This document shows, piece after piece, positions 14,138 to 23,256 of a stretch of 64,000 nucleotides of DNA. The position numbers were made by a program, and so were the translations under genes. The DNA lies in assembly GCA_041744215.1 (NCBI GenBank), contig JBGTLG010000039.1, positions 32,001-96,000 of the forward strand, in the 5' to 3' direction. The stretch is from Fimbriimonadales bacterium. Lineage in GTDB: Bacteria > Armatimonadota > Fimbriimonadia > Fimbriimonadales > ATM1. Position 1 is the stretch's first letter; each line of letters starts with the position of its first letter. The notes under the pieces were generated by a model. That model saw nothing but the letters and a program-made list of their open reading frames with translations, was not told the DNA's origin and searched no databases.

Positions 14138-14223
14138 TGGTGGGGAGTGTAGGATTCGAACCTACGTAGGCATTCGCCGGCAGATTTACAGTCTGCTCCC
14201 ATTGGCCACTCGGGCAACTCCCC
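14138..14223 (-). tRNA. tRNA-Tyr(GTA)
   Basis: Reverse complement GGGGAGTTGCCCGAGTGGCCAATGGGAGCAGACTGTAAATCTGC...GGTTCGAATCCTACACTCCCCACCA; long variable arm, anticodon GTA; TACATT -10-like box upstream. Confidence 0.97.
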
Positions 14224-14311
14224 AAGCGGCGGTCAATGTACCCGAAATCGTCAGTATGAGGCCAAAAACTGCTGAGAGGACATGGCAACAACGGCGTCGA
14301 AACAATCGCAT

Positions 14312-14911
14312 ATGCTTTACACCACAGACGGGAGAACAAAGGTGGGACTCGTCGCATTGTCGTCTGCAGCGGTGGTGGTCGCAGGCTGGGTGGGGTACAG
14401 CCAGCTTACGCAAACCAACTCGGGTAGCGCGCGTCCGATGGAGTTTCAGGTGCATGTCGCTGGCGAGGTGCGGAGCCCTCAGGTTGTTTGGGTGAACTCC
14501 GAATCACTTGTCGTTGAGGCGGCCCAAAAGGCCGGAGGCGAGACTCGAAACGCCGACCTTGACCAATTGAACCTTGCAGCGAAGTTGATTCCAAACACGC
14601 AACTCTACGTACCTGCGATGGGAGAAGAAGCGGGGGACCTTTTGGGGCCCTACGGCGCGGGATTTGCGGCATCAAGGAACGCTCCAGTGTCTGCTTTCGG
14701 TTCACCGTCTGCCGGTGGACTAATCAACGTAAACACCGCCGACATCGCAACTCTGGATCAATTGCCCGGCGTCGGACCCGTGACCGCGCAGAGCATTATC
14801 GATTATCGCAATGTGAATGGACCCTTTAGGTCCGTCGAAGACCTGATAAACGTGAAGGGAATCGGCCCAAAGAAGATGGAGCAGCTACGGACTCGCGTGA
14901 CGGTGAACTGA
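14312..14911 (+). CDS. comEA: ComEA family DNA-binding protein (TM + SLBB + HhH)
   Basis: VHVAGEVRSP, AGG, LNLAAKL, INVNTAD, LPGVGPVTA, VKGIGPK; start 14312 (or 14282). Confidence 0.93.
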   Translation: MLYTTDGRTKVGLVALSSAAVVVAGWVGYSQLTQTNSGSARPMEFQVHVAGEVRSPQVVWVNSESLVVEAAQKAGGETRNADLDQLNLAAKLIPNTQLYVPAMGEEAGDLLGPYGAGFAASRNAPVSAFGSPSAGGLINVNTADIATLDQLPGVGPVTAQSIIDYRNVNGPFRSVEDLINVKGIGPKKMEQLRTRVTVN

Positions 14912-14918
14912 CGCGGCT

Positions 14919-15473
14919 CTAACCCGGCTTGAACTTAAGCAACTCGGCGGTCAGCGTTCCTCCGGGCATATCGTGCTCAATCCGTACCCACCCGACCCCT
15001 CTCGACAGCCAGTAACGGGAAGTCGTTACGATGTTGCCGATTTGAAGGCCGATTTCGGACACGATTGCATCGTAACGCCCAACAGGCAAGGTGAGACGCG
15101 CATCGCTCAGGCGGCGAACTTCCGCCCGCGCCGCGGAGGCCTCGCCAACGGATCCGTCCCAAGACCAGCTTCGAGTGCCTGACGACGAGAAGACGCATAG
15201 CGACGGCATGTAGGCGCCCATCGGCCCCGTTATCTTATGGATCGTAGTGTCCGAAACCAGGATCCTCTCCTCTCCGTAGACGACTTGCCCGCCGAGAGTT
15301 GCCTTAGATGAGATCCGAAGTTCGTGCCCGATGCCGGAAGGAGCCGACTGCTCGATCCTTTGCACAAGGGTGCCCTTGAAGGAGAGGGACTGGAGGTCGT
15401 ACGTCCACTCGACCCCGACAGTGACCGGGAACAGCGGTGCGAGTGATGCGGCGACCAGCTGAAGGACGTTCAC
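14919..15473 (-). CDS. Secreted hypothetical protein (DUF3108/TapB-like motifs)
   Basis: LFPVTVGVEWTY, LTLPVGRY, YWLSRGVGWV; TAATCT 5 nt before GTG. Confidence 0.7.
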   Translation of the reverse strand: MNVLQLVAASLAPLFPVTVGVEWTYDLQSLSFKGTLVQRIEQSAPSGIGHELRISSKATLGGQVVYGEERILVSDTTIHKITGPMGAYMPSLCVFSSSGTRSWSWDGSVGEASAARAEVRRLSDARLTLPVGRYDAIVSEIGLQIGNIVTTSRYWLSRGVGWVRIEHDMPGGTLTAELLKFKPG

Positions 15474-15568
15474 GAGTTAGATTATCGGTCTCAAATCCAC
15501 CGAACTGGCGAGAGCGGCCCGCAAGGGTCTGAGGAGCCCCTCTAACCGGCAACAGTGCTGGAAACGTT

Positions 15569-16723
15569 CTATTCCACGAGCGTCAGAGCCGTAAGCGTCC
15601 GCGTTGGCTCAAGTTCGTCTATCTCTCGCGCAATCTGGTTGTAGTGTGAATCGCGTTCAATCGGTTCGCGACCGGCCTCGAGAATCATCGCAATCATGTT
15701 TGACGGGGTCAAAGATTGAGACTTCTGGCCGAACTCACCCTCTTTGTATGTGATCTCATACTCAAGCACGGTTCCGTCTGCGTCGTCGGCGCCGTACCAC
15801 AGCGCCGCTTGCGTAACCGGAATCGTGTTCATGATCCAGAACGACTTGATGTGCTCAAAGTTGTCCAGCATCAGTCGCGAAACTGCGATGTTTCTGAGAT
15901 CGTCGTGCGCCGTGGGTGGCTGAATGTGCTCAAGCTCGGTTTTCTCAGGATGGAACGAAAGCGGAGTCATACACAAAAAGTGGCCGGTTTCGTCCTGAAG
16001 CTCGCGCAACTGGATTAAGTGATCGACCCGCTCTTCGTCGGTTTCGATGTGGCCGTAAAGCATGGTGGCGTACTGTCGCAGCCCAAGCTTGGCCGCAATG
16101 CGCGCGACTTCGAGCCACTCTTCGCCACGGAGCTTTCTTCCAAACAACTCTTCGTGCACCCGATCCGACAGAATCTCGATACCACCGCCAGGCAAACTAT
16201 CGAGACCCGCAGCCATCAATTCTCGCAACGCGCCTTCTATCGTGGTTTTGCCAACGCGTGCGATTTCGACGATCTCGACGGCGGTAAACGCTTTGACATG
16301 AATTCCCGGCCGCTCTTCTTTGATCGCTTTAATGAAGTCAATGTAGTAAGAGTAAGGCAGGCGCGGATTTATACCTCCCACGCTGTGGACTTCTGTGATT
16401 GGTACATGCTTGTATCGTCGGAGCGCGTGTCGCACTTCTTCAAGACTCATTTCATAAGGTGCCGGCCCACCCTTTTTGGCGTAGAAGGAGCAAAACTTGC
16501 AAAACTTGTTGCAGATGTTGGTGTAGTTGATATGCTGATTGCGAACGTAATAGGTTCGATCGCCGTGCTTGCGTTCCCGAACAATGTTGGCGAGTGCGCC
16601 AACTGCAGTCAGGTCAGGATGACGGTACAGGACGATGCCGTCTTCCCTGCTCAGCCGTCGGCCAGCTTGTACCTTCTCATGGATCGGAAGTAGTTCAATC
16701 GGCAGAGTGGCTTCAAGTTTCAT
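15569..16723 (-). CDS. mqnE: Aminofutalosine synthase (CofH-family radical SAM, futalosine menaquinone pathway)
   Basis: INYTNICNKFCKFC, HVKAFTAVEI, LPGGGIEI, TMLYGHIE, HIKSFWIM. Confidence 0.88.
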   Translation of the reverse strand: MKLEATLPIELLPIHEKVQAGRRLSREDGIVLYRHPDLTAVGALANIVRERKHGDRTYYVRNQHINYTNICNKFCKFCSFYAKKGGPAPYEMSLEEVRHALRRYKHVPITEVHSVGGINPRLPYSYYIDFIKAIKEERPGIHVKAFTAVEIVEIARVGKTTIEGALRELMAAGLDSLPGGGIEILSDRVHEELFGRKLRGEEWLEVARIAAKLGLRQYATMLYGHIETDEERVDHLIQLRELQDETGHFLCMTPLSFHPEKTELEHIQPPTAHDDLRNIAVSRLMLDNFEHIKSFWIMNTIPVTQAALWYGADDADGTVLEYEITYKEGEFGQKSQSLTPSNMIAMILEAGREPIERDSHYNQIAREIDELEPTRTLTALTLVE

Positions 16724-16770
16724 TGAGAGTTCATGGCCATTATACGCCGCCCCAGCAGCCGGCAGGGATA

Positions 16771-17118
16771 CTACTTAGCAAACTCAACAATTCCGATAGG
16801 GTTACCGTCGGGATCAGCAAGAACGGCAGACCAGCCTACCGTCGGCACCTCGGCCTTTTGCTTCAAGATCGTGCCCCCGAGGGACTGAGCCTTCGCGAGG
16901 AGAGCGTCAACAGATTCGACGTCAAACCAGATGGATGGCGACGAGCCCGGCGATACCGTTTCCACCTGTTGCAATCCTCCGATATGCTTGTCACCGGTGC
17001 CGAAGACTACCATCGTGTCCATGAACTCCTTAAACTGCCATCCAAAGAGCCCTTCAAAAAACGATCGGGACCGGGCGATGTCCGTGACGTCAAATTCGAT
17101 GTGACAGATTTCGTGCAT
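16771..17118 (-). CDS. VOC/glyoxalase family protein
   Basis: ICHIEFDVTD, FFEGLFGW, LADPDGNPIGI; start 17118 or 17130. Confidence 0.9.
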   Translation of the reverse strand: MHEICHIEFDVTDIARSRSFFEGLFGWQFKEFMDTMVVFGTGDKHIGGLQQVETVSPGSSPSIWFDVESVDALLAKAQSLGGTILKQKAEVPTVGWSAVLADPDGNPIGIVEFAK

Positions 17119-17221
17119 TGATCTTCTCATTGATTATGTTACGCGAGAGCTGATACCAACAATTTTGCCGATGTTGCAAAATTGAAGAGTGATGAGGAGG
17201 CACCTCGAGTTAGTCGATGCG

Positions 17222-18460
17222 CTACTTCCGAATGGGCGGAGGAGGAGGCGATTCCAACGCTAGTGCCGACTCGGACGGCTTCAGTGCGGTCGTCGGTTGC
17301 CAAAGCACAACTCGATGACCCTGCACTTCGGCCTTTTCCCCACCCAACATCGCTGGGCCCCCGGGCAAGTAGTACGCCGCCGCTTCAGTAACTGCGACGC
17401 CACCAATCGGCGAAACCCTCTGCACGTGTGCGCACAGGTCAATCACATGACTGTAGCTCACGTTTGCCGCATCGCCCTTTGCGGCCATGACCGTTCCTGC
17501 GTGGATTCCACAACGCAACAGGAAGTTTCCTCCGATTCGATTGCGAAACGCATTGAACTCGAGCATGCCGGCCTGCATTTTTCGCGCCGCGAGGAATGCC
17601 TGGTGAGGCTGATTGAAGGTGATAAGTATCCCGTCTCCTGCCGTACTGTGAATGGAGCCATCAAATTCAGAGGCAACAGAACGCACGAAGTTTGTGTACT
17701 CGGTGAACGTGTACTCGACAGCGAGCGGATCCGCGCCGTGCTTCATCGAAGTGCTGCCAACAACGTCAACGGAAAGAAACGTTACCGTTCTTTCCCCTTT
17801 CTTCAATTCTTCCTGAAGCTCGACAAGTTGCTTCAGTAGATATTCTCGCCGTTTCTGAGGGTCTGCCTGAAATCGGATCATTGTTATGCGGTCGCCAAAA
17901 CGACCTACTAGGAATCCGACGAGCGCACAACCAAGCGTCAACGGAATGAGCATCGTTCCATTGGCGGATCCAGGGGATCGAAACAGCCAGGAGAAAAACG
18001 CAAACCCCACTGATGCCGCAAGTCCGAATGCACCACCGGTGAGCGAACCCAAGTTGCTGTTCCGAGTGAGTGCCACGTTATAAACTGCGAGCGCAGCTAG
18101 AATCGTCATCGCGCTCACGCCCAGACCATATTGATCTCCATACACTCGTGCCAGCACGTTCACGAGCTGCATTTGAAGCCCGAGGAAGGCGCTTACGACG
18201 ATGCGCCGGGTGGCAAAGTCCATTTGTCGGAACTGTTGGACAAACCGACCCCACCGGGTTCTCCTTTTGGACTGCTCTAAATGGAGTTCTTCAAGCACAT
18301 GCTCAATTGCCTCGGGGGGAGCGAGCGTCTCCTCAGCAATCTCTCGGAGGGACTCCTGCAACTGCCGACTGACGGTGGCCTTGGCCTGGGTGACTGAGTC
18401 ATCCAGTCCCGAGTGAAGCTGCTCATCGCGCTCCAAGCCAGGCTCTTCGTGCTGTTCCAT
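17222..18460 (-). CDS. Membrane-bound class III nucleotide cyclase domain protein
   Basis: About 4 TM segments, coiled coil, TFLSVDVVGST, AGDG, LRCGIHAG. Confidence 0.85.
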   Translation of the reverse strand: MEQHEEPGLERDEQLHSGLDDSVTQAKATVSRQLQESLREIAEETLAPPEAIEHVLEELHLEQSKRRTRWGRFVQQFRQMDFATRRIVVSAFLGLQMQLVNVLARVYGDQYGLGVSAMTILAALAVYNVALTRNSNLGSLTGGAFGLAASVGFAFFSWLFRSPGSANGTMLIPLTLGCALVGFLVGRFGDRITMIRFQADPQKRREYLLKQLVELQEELKKGERTVTFLSVDVVGSTSMKHGADPLAVEYTFTEYTNFVRSVASEFDGSIHSTAGDGILITFNQPHQAFLAARKMQAGMLEFNAFRNRIGGNFLLRCGIHAGTVMAAKGDAANVSYSHVIDLCAHVQRVSPIGGVAVTEAAAYYLPGGPAMLGGEKAEVQGHRVVLWQPTTALKPSESALALESPPPPPIRK

Positions 18461-18471
18461 CAGTAGACCTC

Positions 18472-18493
18472 ATTCTACAGGAAGCGGTAGAAT
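18472..18493. promoter_or_regulatory. Back-to-back -10 elements for the divergent cyclase and moaD genes
   Basis: ATTCTAC...GTAGAAT; TAGAAT (18488-18493) is 6 nt before moaD GTG; TAGAAT on the minus strand is 11 nt before the cyclase ATG. Confidence 0.6.
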
Positions 18494-18499
18494 CCGCCT

Positions 18500-18730
18500 G
18501 TGGAGTTGACCGTGCGATTGTTCGCCGGGCTGAAGTCCCAGCACGGCACCTGCATCCTCCTAGAAGTTCCCGATCCTGTCTGTGTCGAAGGAGTGCGTTC
18601 TGCCCTCAAGGCGCGAGGGGTCTGGACGTCCGGCGCGAGGATTGCGCTCAACCACTCATTCTCCAACCTAGACGATACGGTCAATCCTGGTGATGAAGTT
18701 GCAGTGATTCCTCCGGTGAGCGGTGGATGA
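18500..18730 (+). CDS. moaD: Molybdopterin synthase sulfur carrier
   Basis: VRLFAGL ... GDEVAVIPPVSGG C-terminal GG; adjacent to moaE. Confidence 0.92.
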   Translation: MELTVRLFAGLKSQHGTCILLEVPDPVCVEGVRSALKARGVWTSGARIALNHSFSNLDDTVNPGDEVAVIPPVSGG

Positions 18731-19140
18731 TCGGCCTTACCAAGGACCCGATCGACCCGGAGACGATTCGGAGGGCTGTGGAATCTGACGAGTTGGGCGG
18801 ACTGTGCATCTTCGTCGGGGAAGTTCGGTCTCTTACGTCGGGGCGCGAAACATCTCACCTCTTCTACGAAGCTTACGAGCCCATGGCCACAGGGAAAATG
18901 AGGGAGATCGCGGCTGAGGCTTCCGTGAAATGGTCTGGAAAGTTCGCGCTGGTGCACCGTGTAGGAGAGCTCAAGCCTGGAGATATCGCCGTCGTGACTG
19001 CCGCAGCCTGCCCGCACCGAAACGAGTCCTTTGAGGCGTGCAGGTTTCTCATTGAGCGGGTGAAGGCCGACGTGCCAATTTGGAAAAAGGAGTTTGGGCC
19101 GGACGGAGAGTCTTGGGTCGAAGGTGAAACAGCGAGTTGA
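18727..19140 (+). CDS. moaE: Molybdopterin synthase catalytic subunit
   Basis: FVGEVR, LFYEAYEPMA, HRVGEL, PHR, PIWKKE. Confidence 0.95.
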   Translation: MIGLTKDPIDPETIRRAVESDELGGLCIFVGEVRSLTSGRETSHLFYEAYEPMATGKMREIAAEASVKWSGKFALVHRVGELKPGDIAVVTAAACPHRNESFEACRFLIERVKADVPIWKKEFGPDGESWVEGETAS

Positions 19141-20132
19141 GCGAAGTCAAGGACGTCACGATAATAGGCGCAGGCCCCGTGGGCCTCTTCGGCGCATTCT
19201 ATGCTGGCATCAGGGGATTGTCCGTTCGGATCATTGACTCCTTACCGATTCCTGGCGGACAACTCACCGCGCTGTACCCTGAAAAGTATGTCTATGATAT
19301 GCCGGGCTTCCCTCAAGTTCTCGCCAAAGATCTTGCTCGTGAAATGATCGAACAGGCTTCCAGGTTTTCGCCGGAGTATGTGCTCGCGGCGCAAGCCGAA
19401 ACGCTAGAAAGAGTAAATGATGATTGGATCGTAGGCACCTGCAGTGGCGAGTTCCCGACGAAGACACTCATTATCTGTGCAGGGGTTGGCGCGTTCAACC
19501 CTACAAAGATTGGTGTCGACCGGGAGCAGGAGTTCGAAGGCAAGGGTCTCGCGTACGGGGTTAAGAGCAAGGAGGATCTGAGAGGAAAGCGCGTGGCGAT
19601 TATAGGAGGTGGGGACAGCGCACTCGACTGGGCTCTCGGTCTCGAAGGAATCGCATCAGAAGTTGTGCTCATTCATCGACGCGACGGATTTCGCGCCCAT
19701 GAAGAGAGCATTGAACATCTCCAAAGGAGTTCGGTAAAAACCCGAGTATGGGAGGTGGTGTGCGAAATTGTTGGGGGCGAGCGCGTGGAGGCGATTGTTA
19801 CAGAAAACAAGAAATCCGGAGAGAGGACTCGAATTGACTGCGACTTCGTAAGTGTGAACATTGGCTTCAAGAGCAACCTCGGCCCGCTGCTCACATGGGG
19901 CCTTGACCTAGAGAAGACAAAAATCAAGGTCAATGCACATATGGAAACTAACCTCCCCGGGGTTTACGCTGCGGGCGATGTGTGCAGCCACGAAGCAAAA
20001 CTCGAGTTGATTGCGACAGGTGTTGGTGAAGTCTGCACGGCAGTGAACTTTGCGAAGACGTTTCTCGATCCCAGTGCGAAGGCGTTCCCGGGCCACAGCA
20101 GCGACATGGACATACCATCCATACAAAAATGA
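19137..20132 (+). CDS. Ferredoxin--NADP reductase (TrxR-like, YumC type)
   Basis: GAGPVG, GGQLTALYPEKYVYD, GGGDSALDW, no CxxC, C-terminal PGHSS. Confidence 0.9.
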   Translation: MSEVKDVTIIGAGPVGLFGAFYAGIRGLSVRIIDSLPIPGGQLTALYPEKYVYDMPGFPQVLAKDLAREMIEQASRFSPEYVLAAQAETLERVNDDWIVGTCSGEFPTKTLIICAGVGAFNPTKIGVDREQEFEGKGLAYGVKSKEDLRGKRVAIIGGGDSALDWALGLEGIASEVVLIHRRDGFRAHEESIEHLQRSSVKTRVWEVVCEIVGGERVEAIVTENKKSGERTRIDCDFVSVNIGFKSNLGPLLTWGLDLEKTKIKVNAHMETNLPGVYAAGDVCSHEAKLELIATGVGEVCTAVNFAKTFLDPSAKAFPGHSSDMDIPSIQK

Positions 20133-21181
20133 GAGTCGCGATTATTGGCGCTGGCGCGACAGGATGTGCAGCGGCACGGTTTCTCGCTAAATCCGGTAAT
20201 GACGTGGACATTTATGAACAGTTCTCACTTGGACACGAACACGGGAGTTCACATGGAACGTCTCGAATCGCAAGAAAGACATATCCCGATCCACTCTACG
20301 TTCGATTGATGACTGAAGCATTTCCGCTATGGTTTGAGTTGCAGGAGGAGGCCAGAGAGGAGTTGTACCGAGAGACGGGCTTCCTCATCTTCGGACTCCC
20401 GAATCACCCGTGGATGCGGGAAGCGAGGAAGAGCTTGCTTGAGAACCACGTCGCGTTTTGGGAGATGGGGTCAATCGATGCGGCAAGAAAGTTCGGGGGG
20501 ATACACCTCGAGCCTGATGAGGTTGCGATGTTTCAACCGGAAGCAGGCATTCTGCTAGCGGAACGAATCTTGGCCGCGCAACTCGACATCGCCAGAGAGC
20601 ACGGTGCGCGAGTGCTCGAGCGGACCCACGCGAGCATTGACAGCGAGGGACTCATTAACCAAGAAAGGTATGACGCAATCGCGATCTGTTCTGGCGCTTG
20701 GATCAATCAGTTTCTCCCGCTAGGGCTCAAGTCCCACCTTCAGACGTTTGCCTACTTTAGCGCTCCGATCGGAGAAGCCCCGGCCTGGGTAGAGGCGTCA
20801 GACGATTTGTTCTATGGATTTCCAAACTATGGGCGCGGATTCAAAATTGGCCGGCACCGGTACGGCCCGGAAATCGACCCGGACGGCCCGCGCCCAATTG
20901 ATGATCAGGCGGCTTTCGATATCTCCGAGTGCGCCCGGATGCGCCTCGGAGCCCGGACGCCTGCAAGCGAGATTTTTTCCTGTATCTATACTGTCGAACC
21001 CAATGAGGATTTTAGGATTGGGAGGCTCAACTCGCCAACACCGACATACTTCGTTAGCGCTTGTTCGGGCCACGGATTCAAATTCACAATTTGGTTTGGG
21101 AAGCTCATTTGTGACATGATTGAAGGGCGCAAACAACCAGAGGAGTACCCAAGATTCAATGTTGACCTACCACAACTTTAG
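20129..21181 (+). CDS. FAD-dependent amine oxidase (monomeric sarcosine oxidase/SolA-like)
   Basis: GAGATG, GSSHGTSRI, CIYT, ACSGHGFKF. Confidence 0.88.
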   Translation: MRVAIIGAGATGCAAARFLAKSGNDVDIYEQFSLGHEHGSSHGTSRIARKTYPDPLYVRLMTEAFPLWFELQEEAREELYRETGFLIFGLPNHPWMREARKSLLENHVAFWEMGSIDAARKFGGIHLEPDEVAMFQPEAGILLAERILAAQLDIAREHGARVLERTHASIDSEGLINQERYDAIAICSGAWINQFLPLGLKSHLQTFAYFSAPIGEAPAWVEASDDLFYGFPNYGRGFKIGRHRYGPEIDPDGPRPIDDQAAFDISECARMRLGARTPASEIFSCIYTVEPNEDFRIGRLNSPTPTYFVSACSGHGFKFTIWFGKLICDMIEGRKQPEEYPRFNVDLPQL

Positions 21182-22697
21182 CCGTTCTCTCGCTACATTA
21201 GCACTAGCGGCACTCGCCCCGCTTGCGCTAGCAGACGATCTCACGAACCTGCTCCAGCGGGCACGTTCAGCCGCAGGCACAGAGGCATTTGAGAAACTCG
21301 CACTCATGGTCGAAGCAAAAGGTAAAGCTAAAGCGCTCGGCGTTGATGGTGACTACACGCTTCTATTCACGAACAAAGGCGAGTTCCTTGAAACGTTCGT
21401 CAGTCCGCTCAGCAACTCTTCTGGATACGACGGCAAGACTGGGTGGTCGACGGATTGGAGCGGCGCCACGCGGGTACTCGAACTTGAAGATCTTGAAGTT
21501 CAACGAACAATCATTGCTCTCGTTACCGGGCAATGGCTAACCGAACGCTCTCCACTCTCACTTTCGCTCGCAGAACCCACGGGAGATGCATTTCGACTGA
21601 CTGCCAAGTATCTTGGTGGCGAGTTGGTCGCTACAATCACAATTGATAAGCAGACCTATCTGATCACCGAGTTCTCACGCAAGTCGTCTGCGGGCGATGA
21701 TGTTTGGAAGTTTTCCGACCACTCAGTTGACTTCGGATTGTCGATCCCCCGTAAGATTAGCAACACAAACGGCGGCCAAACCAACACGTTTACACTGCTC
21801 GAAGTTGGCCGCGCTCCGACATTCGTTCGAAACCCCTTCGAGATGGTCGCCGGACCGGTGCCGAATACAACTTTTCGATCCGAGGTTGATGGGAAAGTTG
21901 AATCTCGCCGAGCAGTTTCGGGCCATGTGCTCATCAAGCCGACGATCAATGGCAAAGACATCGGATGGTTCATTCTGGACTCAGGCGCAGGCGCCCTTTG
22001 CATCGATTCGAAAGTGGCAGATCGCGAAGGATTTGGCAAGGTTGGTGAGATTCCGGCCGTGGGCATCGGCGGCGTCGTCTTGTCGCCTATGCGAATGGCG
22101 GAGTCTATAACAGTTGGCCAGGTGACGTGGACAAAGCCGGTGTTTGTACAGTTAGACTTGGAACAAATCGGACGAATGTTTGGCATCGAGTTGGCTGGAA
22201 TCGTCGGCTACGATCTTATGGCCCGAGCAATCGTTGAGATGGATACGCAGCAAAATCATGTTGCGGTTTTTGATCCCAAGTCGTACACTTTATCGGGCGC
22301 CGCATGGTCTACGCTGCACCTCGATGGCAAGCACCCAGTGGTCGAAGCTCGGTTCGAGGGCAACCGCAAAGGACTGTTTCGCCTAGATACTGGCGCGAAC
22401 AACACTTTGACGTTTCATACCGTTTGGGTCGAACGATATGACTTGCTCAAAGATCGACAAACGATGAACACTGCATTGGGCGGCGTCGGCGGGATGATGC
22501 CTGCTAAGCAGGGTCGTATCGAATGGTTCGAACTCGCAGGCGAGCGATTTGAGAACCCTTCGGTGACCTTTTCTCAGGCAGAGAGTGGTCCGCTTGCAGA
22601 GGGTTACACGATCGGCAACATCGGCCAAGGCTTCTTGCGCCCGTTTAAGTTGGTGTTCGATTATCAGAGCCGGCGTATGGCATTCGTGAAACGATAA
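21159..22697 (+). CDS. Secreted protein with two retropepsin-like aspartyl protease domains
   Basis: Signal peptide; FILDSGAG and FRLDTGAN, GIVGYD, GNIGQGFL; start ATG 21159. Confidence 0.85.
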   Translation: MLTYHNFSRSLATLALAALAPLALADDLTNLLQRARSAAGTEAFEKLALMVEAKGKAKALGVDGDYTLLFTNKGEFLETFVSPLSNSSGYDGKTGWSTDWSGATRVLELEDLEVQRTIIALVTGQWLTERSPLSLSLAEPTGDAFRLTAKYLGGELVATITIDKQTYLITEFSRKSSAGDDVWKFSDHSVDFGLSIPRKISNTNGGQTNTFTLLEVGRAPTFVRNPFEMVAGPVPNTTFRSEVDGKVESRRAVSGHVLIKPTINGKDIGWFILDSGAGALCIDSKVADREGFGKVGEIPAVGIGGVVLSPMRMAESITVGQVTWTKPVFVQLDLEQIGRMFGIELAGIVGYDLMARAIVEMDTQQNHVAVFDPKSYTLSGAAWSTLHLDGKHPVVEARFEGNRKGLFRLDTGANNTLTFHTVWVERYDLLKDRQTMNTALGGVGGMMPAKQGRIEWFELAGERFENPSVTFSQAESGPLAEGYTIGNIGQGFLRPFKLVFDYQSRRMAFVKR

Positions 22698-22718
22698 TCA
22701 GCGAGCATTGGCGGTGCG

Positions 22719-23198
22719 TTAGACTTCGAACCAAGGTCCGAGTTGCATATCCTCCTCGCAAATCTTCCTTTCCGCTTCGTCTTCGATCTTTTTGATCGCT
22801 TCGAGCGCGAGCGACTTATGCTTCCTCGCCTCAACTTCGTTGCCGATAGCGCCGAAGGCGCGTGCTATGGCAGCCTCCGCAAAGGCTGTGTCCCAACCTT
22901 CGGCTTCCGCTTCGCCGCAGAGGTCCCGATACTTCTTTGCATAGTGAAGGGCAAGCATCGGCTCGTTGTCTGCTTTCGTGAGCGCTCGCGAGATCGTCCC
23001 GTAGGCCCGACCGCGATTGATTGGCTTGCCGATCGCACTCCAGTGAAACAGCGACGCGAACGCCGCGGAAATCATTTCTTCCTCTTTGTCGATACTCAGC
23101 TTTTCCGGTTTGGAGATGAAGTCCCAGGCGAGGTTGTTGGTCTCGACCGCGAAGTAACGGTGGTTCACTAGCAGCAGGGCATCTGTGTTCAGGGGCAC
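22719..23198 (-). CDS. Conserved hypothetical helical protein
   Basis: HRYFAVETNNLAWD, ASLFHW, WDTAFAEAAIARA; track start 23279 overlaps glmS, so GTG 23198 or 23168 is preferred. Confidence 0.7.
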   Translation of the reverse strand: MPLNTDALLLVNHRYFAVETNNLAWDFISKPEKLSIDKEEEMISAAFASLFHWSAIGKPINRGRAYGTISRALTKADNEPMLALHYAKKYRDLCGEAEAEGWDTAFAEAAIARAFGAIGNEVEARKHKSLALEAIKKIEDEAERKICEEDMQLGPWFEV

Positions 23199-23256
23199 AG
23201 GGCAGTTTGGCCGATTGGGTACGAAACTGGCAAGCCGGGCGTCATAATGATCCTGT

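Noticed and set aside
15500-15568. Hammerhead-like (CTGAGGAG...GAAAC) or ZTP-riboswitch-like (ACTGGCGA...GGAGC) motifs
   Set aside because: No NUH site before stem I and no proper stem II closing pair. The ZTP 3' CGCCYGGG element is missing, and there is no downstream plus-strand gene.
23199-23256. glmS ribozyme upstream of glmS
   Set aside because: No room for it and no recognisable core; a -10-like CATAAT lies 8 nt before the ATG.
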